From the NCBI GenBank assembly GCA_024346625.1, contig AP024665.1, positions 1,860,001-1,924,000 of the forward strand: DNA of 64,000 bases. Direction: 5' to 3'. Made by a program: the position numbers and the translations under genes. Of the stretch, positions 1 to 10,603 are shown one piece after another. Position 1 is the first letter of the stretch, and every line of letters starts with the position of its first letter. The notes under the pieces were generated by a model. The model worked only from the letters and a program-made list of their open reading frames with translations, was not told the origin of the DNA and did no database searches. This DNA comes from Williopsis jadinii (Eukaryota).

Positions 1-216
1 CCTGAGGATGCCCAGGAGACCCACAAGAACATCAGAGCCTACCTCAAGCAAGAGTTGGGTGAAGAGGTTGCAGAGGCCACCAGAATCTTGTACGGTGGTT
101 CAGCCAACGGTAAGAACGCCCCAACTTTCAAGGACAAGGCTGACGTTGATGGATTCCTCGTTGGTGGTGCTTCCTTGAAGCCAGAGTTTGTCGATATCAT
201 CAACTCTAGAGAGTAA
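1..216 (+). CDS. TPI1: Triosephosphate isomerase, 3' end (partial, runs off the left edge)
   Basis: Frame 1 reads [12 protein letters not shown]...[13 protein letters not shown]...[28 protein letters not shown] and LVGGASL are TIM motifs; TAA at 214-216. Confidence 0.97.
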   Translation, partial: PEDAQETHKNIRAYLKQELGEEVAEATRILYGGSANGKNAPTFKDKADVDGFLVGGASLKPEFVDIINSRE

Positions 217-322
217 TTATAAGTACTTTTCTGCCTTTGATAATGAAAATAAAAGAAATGCCTGAATTGAATGGAAATTAAACCTGTAGGGAGCCTATTT
301 AAGCGTCGAGATAGATCATATG

Positions 323-1225
323 CTATATACCTGGATTTGAAAGCATTAGTGGCGTCATTGGTACCTCGTCGTTGTTTCCAACTGGATATAGTAAAGGACT
401 CGAACTGCCATTGGTCAATGTCGCTGTGGTGGTTGTGGTTGTGTTTGAGCTGTTCTGACGATTGAGACCTGGAGGGAACCCATGCTGACGTTGTAGTGAC
501 GCTGGTAGCTGTTGCTGTGATAGTATAAACCCGGAAGGCGACGATGTTACTGATGTTGGTCCAAAATGCGGCGTCTCGGGTATCTGTATGGTAATCTGTT
601 GCTGTTGTGCCTGTTGTACTTGTTGCTGAGATGCTCTTCTATACATCTGTGGATGTCTCTGCTGATGGAAACTGGCCCTCGCATGCGATGAGAACGACGT
701 TGTTCTTGAGCCTGGCCTAGAGCTGCCACCAGCCGTAGTTCTCTTCTTCAACTCAGGCGAACAAGTGGAGGAGCTGTTGTTGTCCATATACTGCTGCTGG
801 TACTGTTGATCTCTGCCGAGCGAGAGCAACGATATGGTCGACAGGCTCGGCAGCAGCCTGTTGCTATCCATGGACGTGGCCATCAACGTTGGCGACTCCG
901 TGCTGCTGATGTTGTATATATCATCGTCCAATATGGCATTCTCGTCTTGGGAGTTGTTGATGTAGAACGACCTCTGTGAACTTATCGAAGAGCAGGTAGA
1001 GGCACACGACGCACGTCTTGAGCCACCGTCAGCACCAACAGCGGTGCTGTTGGTGCCTCTAATACCACCGTTTGCACCGCTAGTCACTGGCAAGCTCATC
1101 TGACAGGTGTTGGTCGTAACTATAGGGGTTGCTGGTGGCCCTGCCTTCTGAGTAGTCAAAGAGTTTGTCAGCTGTTGAAACTCCTTTTTGCTCATAGTCT
1201 TCTTCTTCAACGGTGAAGCGAACAT
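323..1225 (-). CDS. Hypothetical low-complexity (S/T/Q-rich) protein, about 300 aa
   Basis: Long open frame; first ATG at 1225 (MFASPLKKK). No recognisable domain; many SP/TP sites and a C-terminal PMTPLML motif. Confidence 0.75.
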   Translation of the reverse strand: MFASPLKKKTMSKKEFQQLTNSLTTQKAGPPATPIVTTNTCQMSLPVTSGANGGIRGTNSTAVGADGGSRRASCASTCSSISSQRSFYINNSQDENAILDDDIYNISSTESPTLMATSMDSNRLLPSLSTISLLSLGRDQQYQQQYMDNNSSSTCSPELKKRTTAGGSSRPGSRTTSFSSHARASFHQQRHPQMYRRASQQQVQQAQQQQITIQIPETPHFGPTSVTSSPSGFILSQQQLPASLQRQHGFPPGLNRQNSSNTTTTTTATLTNGSSSPLLYPVGNNDEVPMTPLMLSNPGI

Positions 1226-2084
1226 CCAATCCTGACACTCTCTTTTCGAACGCTTAATCTGTGTGTTTGTTGGAGTGTTAAAAGTGGTTTGAGAGAGCAA
1301 TTGTAGGTGAAAAAAAAATTAGTATGGAGGAAAAAATTTCGGCATGACGCTTTGATACGAGATGTCCCAAAGGGGTTAACTTTGTCGTTTTGTGAAGCTT
1401 CTGACATTTGCGAACTTGCATTGCCCAGTTCGGCAATGTATTTGCGCAAATAGGCTGCTTGCGCCGAATATCAGACTCACCGCCTATTGCAAACTATCAA
1501 AAGTTCCTATTGGTTGGGAAGAGTTGGGGAAGTTCAATGTACACAGCTTGTAGAATCAGCTGTGTGAGCCTCTCCGTGGACGTAGAGTCTCCCAGCGTGG
1601 TTCAATCTCTAGGAGTCGCCGTAGTGGCGCAAGCCATTACGGTGCCACTGATCGTGGCTGATAGTGGACAGGACATATGTAGCGTATTGGAATTGTGGAC
1701 AAAGAGTTGGCTATGCTATTCTTTCTAGAGACAGAGGTGCGGGAGCCTACTCTGCTCCAGCCCCTAGGGTCCCGTTGGAAAAGCTATTGGACATAGGGAA
1801 CAGGTTGGGTCGCACATTCCACAGCGTCTCACATGATTCCAAGTTTCAACATCGGCAGTATGCGGCTAAATACCAAATAGCCGTTAAAGTGGTACAAGTA
1901 TCAAGTTGGTTCGTATAACTCCCCTACATGTGTAATGAGCCCCTACAATGGTGTGCTTACTACGCCGTCGATCTTCCCGTAATATCCCTAAAACTATCAT
2001 GTATTCCTTCATCCATTTGGACCCCCAGGGTCCGATAAAAAGTAACAACCAGATGCTGCCAAAGAGGCTTGCTCGTGTTTCAGC

Positions 2085-2771
2085 TTAGACGTTCCGTCTG
2101 ATCCTTTTGCGTCTGGTCTTTGGATTCTGATGAGTACGGAAGTGTTGCATGCAGTTATCCTGTCTTGCAAACTTAGCACCACAACCTTCGAAAGGGCAAA
2201 CGTGTTTACGCTCACCGGTGTGGATTCTTGAATGGCGAGCCAGATGGCCCGACGTGGTGAAGCACTTTTCACAGATCTTGCATCTGTACTTACGCACACT
2301 CTTTGACTCCGAAAGGTCAACGTGTACAGGTGAGCTTGCAGGCTTACTCGTTGACGTAGCACCAGTCGGGGTCGAACTGGAAGCTGAGCCTGGTCTCTGT
2401 CCTAGTATAAAAGTCTTCACAGGCGCGGTTTGGTTTGCCGTCGTGTTCAACGCCTGTGATAGAGATGGCAGCACGGTCTGTAGTGTATATAGAGGTGACA
2501 GTGGTCTTGGAGTAGGCGTGGTTGTTGCCATTGGTGTTGTCATCTGCGGTATTAAGAAAAGTGGCTGTTCTTGTATTTGTCCCTGTCCCTGAGCCTGTGG
2601 GTATCCCCTTGGATACGGATAACGTTGTGGAGGTGGGTATTGTTGATATACTTGAAGATGCTGTAGTTGTGGATGCGCCTGTTGATATGTGTACTGGAAT
2701 GGGTGTGGATGAGCAGGGGTCTCTGCCAAAAGAGACGAGATTGGTGGTAGGGACATGGTCACCTGTGTCAT
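2085..2771 (-). CDS. NRG1: Nrg1/Nrg2-type C2H2 zinc-finger transcriptional repressor
   Basis: RKYRCKICEKCFTTSGHLARHSRIHTGERKHVCPFEGCGAKFARQDNCMQHFRTH matches the Nrg1/Nrg2 finger pair; first ATG at 2771; TATATAAA on the minus strand near 2897-2904. Confidence 0.88.
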   Translation of the reverse strand: MTQVTMSLPPISSLLAETPAHPHPFQYTYQQAHPQLQHLQVYQQYPPPQRYPYPRGYPQAQGQGQIQEQPLFLIPQMTTPMATTTPTPRPLSPLYTLQTVLPSLSQALNTTANQTAPVKTFILGQRPGSASSSTPTGATSTSKPASSPVHVDLSESKSVRKYRCKICEKCFTTSGHLARHSRIHTGERKHVCPFEGCGAKFARQDNCMQHFRTHQNPKTRRKRIRRNV

Positions 2772-3908
2772 ATTTCCTTCTTGTCTGTGCAACTGTTTTG
2801 TCCTATCCGTTACAGAGTGTACGCTGCTATAAAAGAGACAAATTTGGTCAAAGGCAAAATACTGGACAAATGGTCGATTCAAGGTTTATGGCCCCCTTTA
2901 TATATGGGCGACTAACGAAGGAGGGAAAAGCAAAATGCAAGAAAAAAATGTCTCAAGTTTTTACATATCAACAACACACAAGATACCCATGGAGACACAG
3001 AAAACCGTTGCCGCGCTGCATCCACAATCCAAGAGGTGCTTGAGCGCTTCTCCCTCTCTTCATCACCCCCCTCAAGGTTAGAGTTTTAGGTGTAAGCTGC
3101 GCATACGTCGTACAGCAAAGGTTTTTGCAAAAATGCTGGGCAGGGTCTCACGTTTCGTGGCGTTTCTGCGCGCTTTTTCCTGCTTGGCCCAACTCTGCAC
3201 GATCTGAGCAGCTGATCTGGACGTCTCGGCGCAACTTTGAAGGCCTCTCATTGGACAGACGTCGCGAGGCTTAACTGTTAATTTCTCCCCCCCCCCAAAA
3301 GGTCTTGAGTGAACAAAAGCAGCAGGGAAAAAAAGCCAAGACTTTTCCAACAAAGCCCCTACATAAAATGAAGGTGAAAGCAAGAGCCCCCCCTCAGGCT
3401 ACGGGGGAGAAAATAGTTAAGGGTTCACCGCTTGTGTCTTGTCCGCTTGGTATCCAGGCCCGCTGGGCTTCACACCCTGGTTCTGTACATTAAGCGCAAA
3501 ACAGCCCTCAACACAAGTGTGCTCAGACTGACCACTGAGGGGACATTTACAACCCAGTGCTTGTCATCTTTACGTAAAGCCCAAATTGCAAACTATAATT
3601 AGACACCTTAGCACTGGGATCTCTAATAAATTTATGTGCAATTAAACACGCGCGGGCACAGCCCCGACCCCTTTTGGTGGAAAGCCATATTTGCCAAATT
3701 CCACCGACACCACACCCTTCGTCCCCATTCCAACCAGCACATAGACGGAAATTAAACTGCAAGTGATACTCCTTCCGATCATGTAGGAATGGACAATCAT
3801 ACGTTAAACATGTGAAGTGAAGTTCACACATAGTACACGGCATCGTTGTATAGAAAAATAATGCCAGCTGCTGGTGTGTAAGGTCTTTAGTCTACGGTCT
3901 TGGTACGC

Positions 3909-3947
3909 CAAGTTCGCTACAACAAGTTCGCTACACCAAGTTCGTTT
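3909..3947. repeat. 14-bp tandem repeat (CAAGTTCGCTACAM), about 2.8 copies
   Basis: caagttcgctacaa caagttcgctacac caagttcgttt, read directly from the sequence. Confidence 0.85.
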
Positions 3948-5477
3948 CCCTTCAAGTGTCTGGACATGTCGGCAAACACCGGTACTTTCTTAACATTGAC
4001 GTGTGATATCGCAGAGCCAATCACAAAGGCTGCCCAGGTGTCGTTCCGTTCCGCATTGGCGGTGTCTCACTTTGATTTTTTTTAGAAAAACTTCCGAGCA
4101 TGTATCTGGTCAACTGATCAGCGCTTCCACGATCGTATTCAGTTCAGCAAGGATCACATGTAACGACGTCTAAAACGTCATAGTACAGAACAATTACCAA
4201 ACTCATTACACAGAGCTGTGAGCAAGCTCAAAGTGCGCGTTGGTTCATGGCTTTTTAGTCTCTTGCAAGGCTTATCTTTAACGCATGTTTGTCAACTTCT
4301 GAAGTTCAAGAGATCTCCTCAAACGCAGTATATTGTAATGCATAACTGTGCGAAATGGACATATGGACACTTGAAGCAAGCAGCAAGTAGTAATTACGCT
4401 GCGAGTTATAGATATCCGCCTCTAACAACCCGCACGTTTCTCCTGTGCGTTTTTTTAGCTTTCTTTTTTCATTGGCTCAGTTACACTGTTATTTTAAACT
4501 TTTGACTGGATCAGCTAATAACGAACTTTAACTAATGGTGTCCACGAACCTGGGCTGTGTTCGGTATAAGGGACATGCTACTTGTTTCACAGTTCTCACT
4601 CCTCAGTAAACACCGTTGTGTTCCGATTTCTACGGACCATTGGAAAAACAAAGTTCGGGCGTATCACTAAATTTGGCGCAGACCGGTGGTGGGACATTAC
4701 ATCGCCTGTATCCAGTGTACATGCCTGGCGAGGTGTAAAACATCATAGTGCGCTGCTTTCATGACCACGCCCCCCCCCCCATTTTTGAAATGGTCACAAT
4801 CAAGTGGTCTAATTTAGAGATCATCTTTTGTGTAGAAACGGATAGGTATGGTGTACCGTCTAGATGCATTTAACCTTGATGTTTCAGGACATGTCAAAGC
4901 CATCTCAAGCTGTTTTTGCCAAGTGTTTCATATTTTGCGAGTGTATGTGTCTTTTGTTCAAGTACATCCATATGTGGCCTTAACTGATTTACGAGACAAC
5001 GACGCGGACATGGGACACGCATTCTACATGAATTGGGTGAAAACTGTGACCATGCTCAAAACATGAGCGGTTACAGCAGGAAATAGATAGGTTGCAATGG
5101 TTTGGCTTTAACAACTGGAAAGGACAGCGGACATCATTTCAACAATCGGGAATGGGAAGAGTCTGGTTGGGCCCAAGGACATTTACCCGATGCTGGTTGC
5201 GTTTACAAACTTAAACGGTGATATGATGATGTTTTTGTCTGGTTTGATGAAAGGCTGTTCAGACATTTGTGTGACGTGGCTGAAATCCCAGCATTGGCTC
5301 ATGATTTTTGGACCTGGCCCCGGAACTTATGTATCACATGATGCTGCACGTGATATATGCCCCCGTATTTATACTCATCCTCCATCGGCCTTCAGTGCAC
5401 TTCCATCAACACTTTGCAGCCATCTGTGCTTTCTCTACGATACTTTGTAGCCTTAAGAGTGCTTACGATCCCAGTGA

Positions 5478-7649
5478 ATGATGAGTCTCAACTATGAAAC
5501 CTTCACAAGGGACAGGCTTATTCACTCGTTGCTTCGAGATCCCCGCATTAAAAGGGTTGGGAGACCTTCAAAGAATGAATATGACTATTCTGATCTGTTA
5601 CAAGGAGAGTTGGTGGTGACGAGGCCCAGGGGCCGTCCTAGGAATACTTCTTCAACGAGGACTAAGATCAACCTGAAAGAGGCCATTATTGAAGTTATGC
5701 CCGGAGAGATGGCCTCTGGCGCCCCGATGAAGACAACCAGAAGAGGAAGGGTGGTACGGTCAAGGTTCAGAGAGGTTGCGGCTGATTCTGACTCAGATAA
5801 CAATAGCAACAACGTGAATGAAGCGAAGGTGAAGCCCAAGAGAGGGAGAGGAAGACCGAAGAAAGTTGTTCCTGATGGATTCTTGACAATTGTTAAGGAG
5901 GAGCCGGGGAAGCGGAAAAGAGGAAGACCAAAGGCTGGGATGATCTCGGTAGTTAAAAAGGAGGATGTGTTCAATACTGAAAGCAGCAGTGACGATGATG
6001 ATGACGATAAATCTGATGACCAATCCGACTGTCAAACTACCTTTGTATTCGTGAATGCTCCAACATTGAAGCCTGCCACTTCAAAGAAAGAGCTGGCCTT
6101 GAACAAACACAAGATTGTTAAACTTGACCCTTTCCAGTCTCCAAAGAAGCAAAGACATGGACTAATTCAACTGATCACCACTGCCACATCTCCTGTGAAA
6201 CGTGGTGCATGGACAATATCTCCTCAGAAGCCTGCTAATGGACGCTCAGGTAATATGGCAACTCCTAAAAGGGCCAAGTTGGAAATGCAGGACAGGTCTG
6301 CCAGAAAGAGGGCGAATGATAGGCTGGACTACATTCTCCAAGATGGACTAAGTTCCGCCGATGAGGATACAGAGGCAGATAGGCGTCTTGCTGAAACAAT
6401 CATCAATGAATCTAGGAAGCAGCAACAGCATCAGCAAAGCGATTCGGACCAATTACCAACATTCGACCCAGCGTTTGTTCCCACCCCCTTACCTTCTTTA
6501 CAGCAATATAATGAAGATGGCAATGACTTTGAAGGAGATGTTGATGAAAAGGCGTTATTCCTAGATGGGTCAGATGGTTACTTCGATCAACATAGGTTTA
6601 AACCCAAAAGCTCTGCTAATTCGTTGTTGATGGCCCCTCAGCTGGATTACGATGAGTTCAACTCCTTGGTTTTGTTCAGTGGGTTTGTTCACTTCAACCA
6701 AAGACTTAGAGTGATGCATTTGTACCAAGAGCTATACACACAGTGGTGTTTTGAACTCAAGTTCGGCTTCAACCTGCTATTCTATGGCTTAGGCTCTAAG
6801 AGGAAGCTGCTATTGGACTTTGTCGAGAGTTGTGTGATGGACCTCTACGGAGATGACGTGCCAGTGCTGGTTATCAATGGATATAATCCATTGACAAACT
6901 TCTCAGAGATCCTGAAGAACATCACAAAGCTTGTGAAGTTGACCAAATCCCTACCTAAGAGAACTGGTGAAATAGTTGAATTCTTGACGAGTCATTATTC
7001 CAAGAAATACCAGAGATCAGACAAAGTCGAGCTGATACTGTTGTTCCATAACATTGATTCCGAGCCCTTAAGGGATGAACGAACACACGACTACCTTTCG
7101 AAGTTATGTTCCATCCCACAGTTTAGGACAATTGCGTCCATTGATCATATCAATGCACCATTGTTGTGGGATTCTGTTCGATTATCAAATTTCAAATTTG
7201 TTTGGCATAACGTTACCAACTTTGAAGACTACTTAACTGAGATGTCGTTCAAGGATTCTCTAACGTTTGGACAATCTAACAAATCGTTGGGCTCCAAGGG
7301 AGCCAAATATGTGCTGTCCTCGTTAACTTCGAACTCGAGGGCTCTTTATAAGATTCTAGCACAGATTCAACTGGGGTTGATGAACGACGACGAATCTTCG
7401 AAGAAGGAGGAAATTGGGCGTTCACTACGTGGTTCTATAAAACATGCTATTGAATTTTCCAGGTTATTCCAAAGATGTTCAGAGGAGTTTATCTCCTCCA
7501 ATGAGATCAACTTCCGTACTATGTTTATGGAGTTTGTTGAGCACAAGATGGCTACTTTAACCAAGGATCAATCTGGAACTGAGATGGCTTATATACCGTT
7601 CACCATGGATGAGATTTCCAAATTATTGAGGGATGAATTGCAAGATTAA
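5478..7649 (+). CDS. ORC2: Origin recognition complex subunit 2 with N-terminal AT-hook-like motifs
   Basis: C-terminal ORC2 domain (QWCFELKFGFNLLFYGLGSKRKLL, IASIDHINAPLLWD, EFVEHKM); GRP motifs in the N-terminus. Confidence 0.95.
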   Translation: MMSLNYETFTRDRLIHSLLRDPRIKRVGRPSKNEYDYSDLLQGELVVTRPRGRPRNTSSTRTKINLKEAIIEVMPGEMASGAPMKTTRRGRVVRSRFREVAADSDSDNNSNNVNEAKVKPKRGRGRPKKVVPDGFLTIVKEEPGKRKRGRPKAGMISVVKKEDVFNTESSSDDDDDDKSDDQSDCQTTFVFVNAPTLKPATSKKELALNKHKIVKLDPFQSPKKQRHGLIQLITTATSPVKRGAWTISPQKPANGRSGNMATPKRAKLEMQDRSARKRANDRLDYILQDGLSSADEDTEADRRLAETIINESRKQQQHQQSDSDQLPTFDPAFVPTPLPSLQQYNEDGNDFEGDVDEKALFLDGSDGYFDQHRFKPKSSANSLLMAPQLDYDEFNSLVLFSGFVHFNQRLRVMHLYQELYTQWCFELKFGFNLLFYGLGSKRKLLLDFVESCVMDLYGDDVPVLVINGYNPLTNFSEILKNITKLVKLTKSLPKRTGEIVEFLTSHYSKKYQRSDKVELILLFHNIDSEPLRDERTHDYLSKLCSIPQFRTIASIDHINAPLLWDSVRLSNFKFVWHNVTNFEDYLTEMSFKDSLTFGQSNKSLGSKGAKYVLSSLTSNSRALYKILAQIQLGLMNDDESSKKEEIGRSLRGSIKHAIEFSRLFQRCSEEFISSNEINFRTMFMEFVEHKMATLTKDQSGTEMAYIPFTMDEISKLLRDELQD

Positions 7650-8470
7650 TCTTGGCTTTCACCTTCAGCTTCACCTTCACCTTCACCATCACCTTCAGCT
7701 TCACCTTCACCTTCAGCTTCACCTTCACCTTCACCTTCACCTTCATCTTGCCCAGCTTCTCTCTTCTTATGAGATCTTTTCCTTCTCTTCTTCGTCTTCT
7801 CTGTAGTTTGCTGCTGCTCATTCTCTCCAGACTTGACCTTCTTCTTCTTTATGCTCAAAGGATTTGGTTGCTTTGGTCCTTTCCTTTTCTTCTTCGTCTC
7901 TGTCTCTCCTGTCTCGTCATCTTGCTCAGCGTTGGCAACGCCACTCTTCACACTGTTCAAGCCATGAGTCAACTTGTTCTTCTCCTTTGACGTTGAAACC
8001 AGAGCACTTGCTTTACTTAGGGGCTCCATAACCATCACAGACCTGTTCATATAGATCAACGGAACACCGGGGATCTTTCTCAGCGAATATCTCAGTCTCT
8101 CGTTATCAGTGGCCACGACATACCTATGTTTATTCTCATTATTGATATTGACGATCGACTTGATACACTCATGAGGTGGAACAGGATCCTTGGGTGGATG
8201 GTTACAACGACGTCTTTCAAACGTCTTTGCAATGTCGATAGCGTGCTGGTCACGGCTCTCGTAGAGCTTCTGGATGCAGCATTGCGTGATCATCGGCTTG
8301 ACCTCCGCTTGAAGAGTTCTCGTCAGCCCTTTGGCTACGTCAAATGATGCCTTGGAGCATCCCATCACCAATTCGTCATCCACTATGACCTGGTAGGGCT
8401 CTCTGAATTTGAAGGTGTGCTGGTACACAAGCATCTGCTTTCTGTATTGTTTGGCTCTCTTCTGTCTCAT
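7646..8470 (-). CDS. UTP23: rRNA-processing PIN-domain protein Utp23 (SSU processome)
   Basis: MRQKRAKQYRKQMLVYQHTFKFREPYQVIVD...FERRRCNH...KGPKQPNPLSIKKKK; true ATG at 8470; RRPE/PAC motifs upstream. Confidence 0.95.
   Translation of the reverse strand: MRQKRAKQYRKQMLVYQHTFKFREPYQVIVDDELVMGCSKASFDVAKGLTRTLQAEVKPMITQCCIQKLYESRDQHAIDIAKTFERRRCNHPPKDPVPPHECIKSIVNINNENKHRYVVATDNERLRYSLRKIPGVPLIYMNRSVMVMEPLSKASALVSTSKEKNKLTHGLNSVKSGVANAEQDDETGETETKKKRKGPKQPNPLSIKKKKVKSGENEQQQTTEKTKKRRKRSHKKREAGQDEGEGEGEGEAEGEGEAEGDGEGEGEAEGESQD
7658..7745 (-). repeat. Hexanucleotide microsatellite (GAAGGT)n encoding the Gly/Glu tail of Utp23
   Basis: Repeated ttcacc units with ttcagc variants on the + strand, translating to EGEGEGEAEGEGEAEGDGEGEGEAEGE. 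Confidence 0.9.
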
Positions 8471-8540
8471 GTTTCCCGGTGTTGATGCCCACTGTCTGTG
8501 TTTTCTACGTTGCAATACAAGAGAAGAGATAACACCTTCC

Positions 8541-8586
8541 TGAAAAAAAATTTTCTATATGGAGATGAGGCGATGAGATGAGCTCA
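8541..8586. promoter_or_regulatory. RRPE + PAC ribosome-biogenesis promoter elements upstream of UTP23
   Basis: TGAAAAAAAATTTT followed by GATGAG, GCGATGAG and GATGAGCT, 70-115 bp upstream of the UTP23 ATG. Confidence 0.8.
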
Positions 8587-8906
8587 CCACCACAACTTCA
8601 CGTGTATATAGCCGGGTATTAAATAGAAATACTTCGAATCTGGCTACACAACGGTCACAGAAGTGTTCGTTCTGTAGTTGTAAGCTCGCTGCGCCGAGCA
8701 ATTGGCCTTATTCGCCCGCACTGGTGAGCTATTCTGCACTGATTGTCCCATGGAGTCGGCTTAACTATGTGCGTACCGATTTTCCTCTCCAAGACACCAA
8801 AATTGAAATATAAATAAACAAGAAGAAGCACCGTTCCTCTTCCAGTTCGTCGCCCAGTTCCTCCTACAAGTTCAAGCAAGCTCAAGGAAGCTCAGGCAAG
8901 TACAAC

Positions 8907-9965
8907 ATGATGAAACTGACCGTCTTCAGGCCCTCTGTGCGCCTGTTTCGCCCTTCACTGGCCTCTCTGGCGACGAGATGGCAGTCCACTGTAGCAAAGC
9001 CCCGGGAAGTGTTCACACCTGAGCAGAAGGCATGGGCAGCCAACGAACGGTTGAAGGGACTTGGTGTCCTGAAGCACCTACCAGAGAAATGGATCCCCTA
9101 CGGTGAGCTGATGCGACTGGAGAAGCCCGTGGGCACCTGGCTGCTGTTCATCCCTGGCACTTGGTCCATTCTCATGGCCGCGTGTCAAACCGGCGCTCCA
9201 CTGCTGTTGACCATCAAGACCTTGGCCCTGTTTGGCGTAGGCTCCATCGTGATGAGAGGCTTCGGCTGCGTGGTCAACGACCTGCTGGACAAGGACCTGG
9301 ACAACAAGGTGCTGAGAACCATAGAGAGGCCCATCACCAGCGGGCGTGTGACCAAGAAGCAGGCCTACAAGCTCATGGCCGGGCAGCTGACCGTCGGGCT
9401 CGGGATCCTCCTGGCACTGCCATCACAGTGCTACGCCATTGGAGCCCTCTCTCTGATCCCGGTGTGCCTGTATCCTCTGTTCAAGAGATTCACCTACTAT
9501 CCGCAGGCCATGCTCTCCGTCACGTTCAACTGGGCGGCGATTCTCGGGTTCCCGGCCATGGGAATAGTTGATCCCATCACCCTGGGCTCGCTATACCTGT
9601 CAACGTTCTGCTGGACGATGACGTACGATACCATCTACGCCCACCAGGACAAGCAGTTCGACATCAAGGCCGGCGTCAAGTCCACGGCGCTGGCATGGCA
9701 GGACAAGTCGAAGATGATCTTCACAGGGTTGACCACCGCCCAGACGGGCCTCCTGGCGCTAGCCGGCTACCACAGTGGGCTGCTGTTCTCGCCAGGGTTC
9801 GCCATTGGCAGCGCAATGTTCTTGGGCTCTGTCTACAGAATGGTCTACAAGGTTGATCTGAACAACCCTGCTGACTGCTGGAAGTACTTTGTCAGAAACA
9901 TCCGTTACGGCCTCTACCTGACCCTGGGCCTGGCACTCGATTATTTGATCGGCTGGTCTTTTTAG
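8907..9965 (+). CDS. COQ2: 4-hydroxybenzoate polyprenyltransferase (UbiA family), mitochondrial
   Basis: ELMRLEKPVGTWLL, NDLLDKDLDNKVLRTIERP and YDTIYAHQDK motifs; Arg-rich presequence. Confidence 0.96.
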   Translation: MMKLTVFRPSVRLFRPSLASLATRWQSTVAKPREVFTPEQKAWAANERLKGLGVLKHLPEKWIPYGELMRLEKPVGTWLLFIPGTWSILMAACQTGAPLLLTIKTLALFGVGSIVMRGFGCVVNDLLDKDLDNKVLRTIERPITSGRVTKKQAYKLMAGQLTVGLGILLALPSQCYAIGALSLIPVCLYPLFKRFTYYPQAMLSVTFNWAAILGFPAMGIVDPITLGSLYLSTFCWTMTYDTIYAHQDKQFDIKAGVKSTALAWQDKSKMIFTGLTTAQTGLLALAGYHSGLLFSPGFAIGSAMFLGSVYRMVYKVDLNNPADCWKYFVRNIRYGLYLTLGLALDYLIGWSF

Positions 9966-10017
9966 AAGTCGCGTCCTTTCCTTCCATACGTATATAGCAC
10001 AGCTGAATAGCATCAAG

Positions 10018-10425
10018 ATGAGTAACAGAGTACATAAGAAGCACAAGAACAACAACTTCAAGACCTCGGACAGAAGACTGGCCAGTGGCTCCAAGGCTGA
10101 GTCGTTCCTCCTGGGCAAGAACAGCATGAGCAGCGTGGCGGTTGTGAACACGAAGGCTCCAAAGAGCAAGGCCACCACGCCAGGCGGCAAGGTGTTCAAG
10201 CTGTTCGTCGGCAACCTGGGCAAGGACGCCACGGAGGACGTGGTACGAACGTCCTTCCAGAGGTTCGCCTCGCTGTGCACCGTCGAGGTGCCAATGTCCA
10301 ATGGTGAGAACAAGGGCTTTGCCTTTGTTGGGTTTAACGACTCTGGGGACTATCTGGACGCCTTCAAGACCATGAACGGCAAATATGTCGGGCACCATCC
10401 CTGTGTGCTGAAAAGGGCCAAATGA
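10018..10425 (+). CDS. Small single-RRM protein, RBM42-like
   Basis: RNP2 LFVGNL, RNP1 KGFAFVGF and a C-terminal MNGKYVGHHPCVLKR that resembles the RBM42 RRM end (MNGKYVGSRPIKLR). Confidence 0.6.
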   Translation: MSNRVHKKHKNNNFKTSDRRLASGSKAESFLLGKNSMSSVAVVNTKAPKSKATTPGGKVFKLFVGNLGKDATEDVVRTSFQRFASLCTVEVPMSNGENKGFAFVGFNDSGDYLDAFKTMNGKYVGHHPCVLKRAK

Positions 10426-10603
10426 GGGCCTTTTGCAGGTTTCCTTCGTTTGTCTTTTCCATTGAGATAGTTGAAGTTGAATAAAACGGAATCCTCGCTT
10501 CTGATTGGTCGGTTTGGCTTGTTCGTAGGACGTAATTTTTCCTGGGCCCTGGCTCTTGCCTCCCTCATTGGTCTATAGCACTTTGGTAAAGGATACGACA
10601 ACC

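Noticed and set aside
7600..7990. ORFs with KVKVKV (7600-7821) and FTFTFT (7652-7990) repeats
   Set aside because: Alternative frames of the GAAGGT microsatellite inside UTP23.
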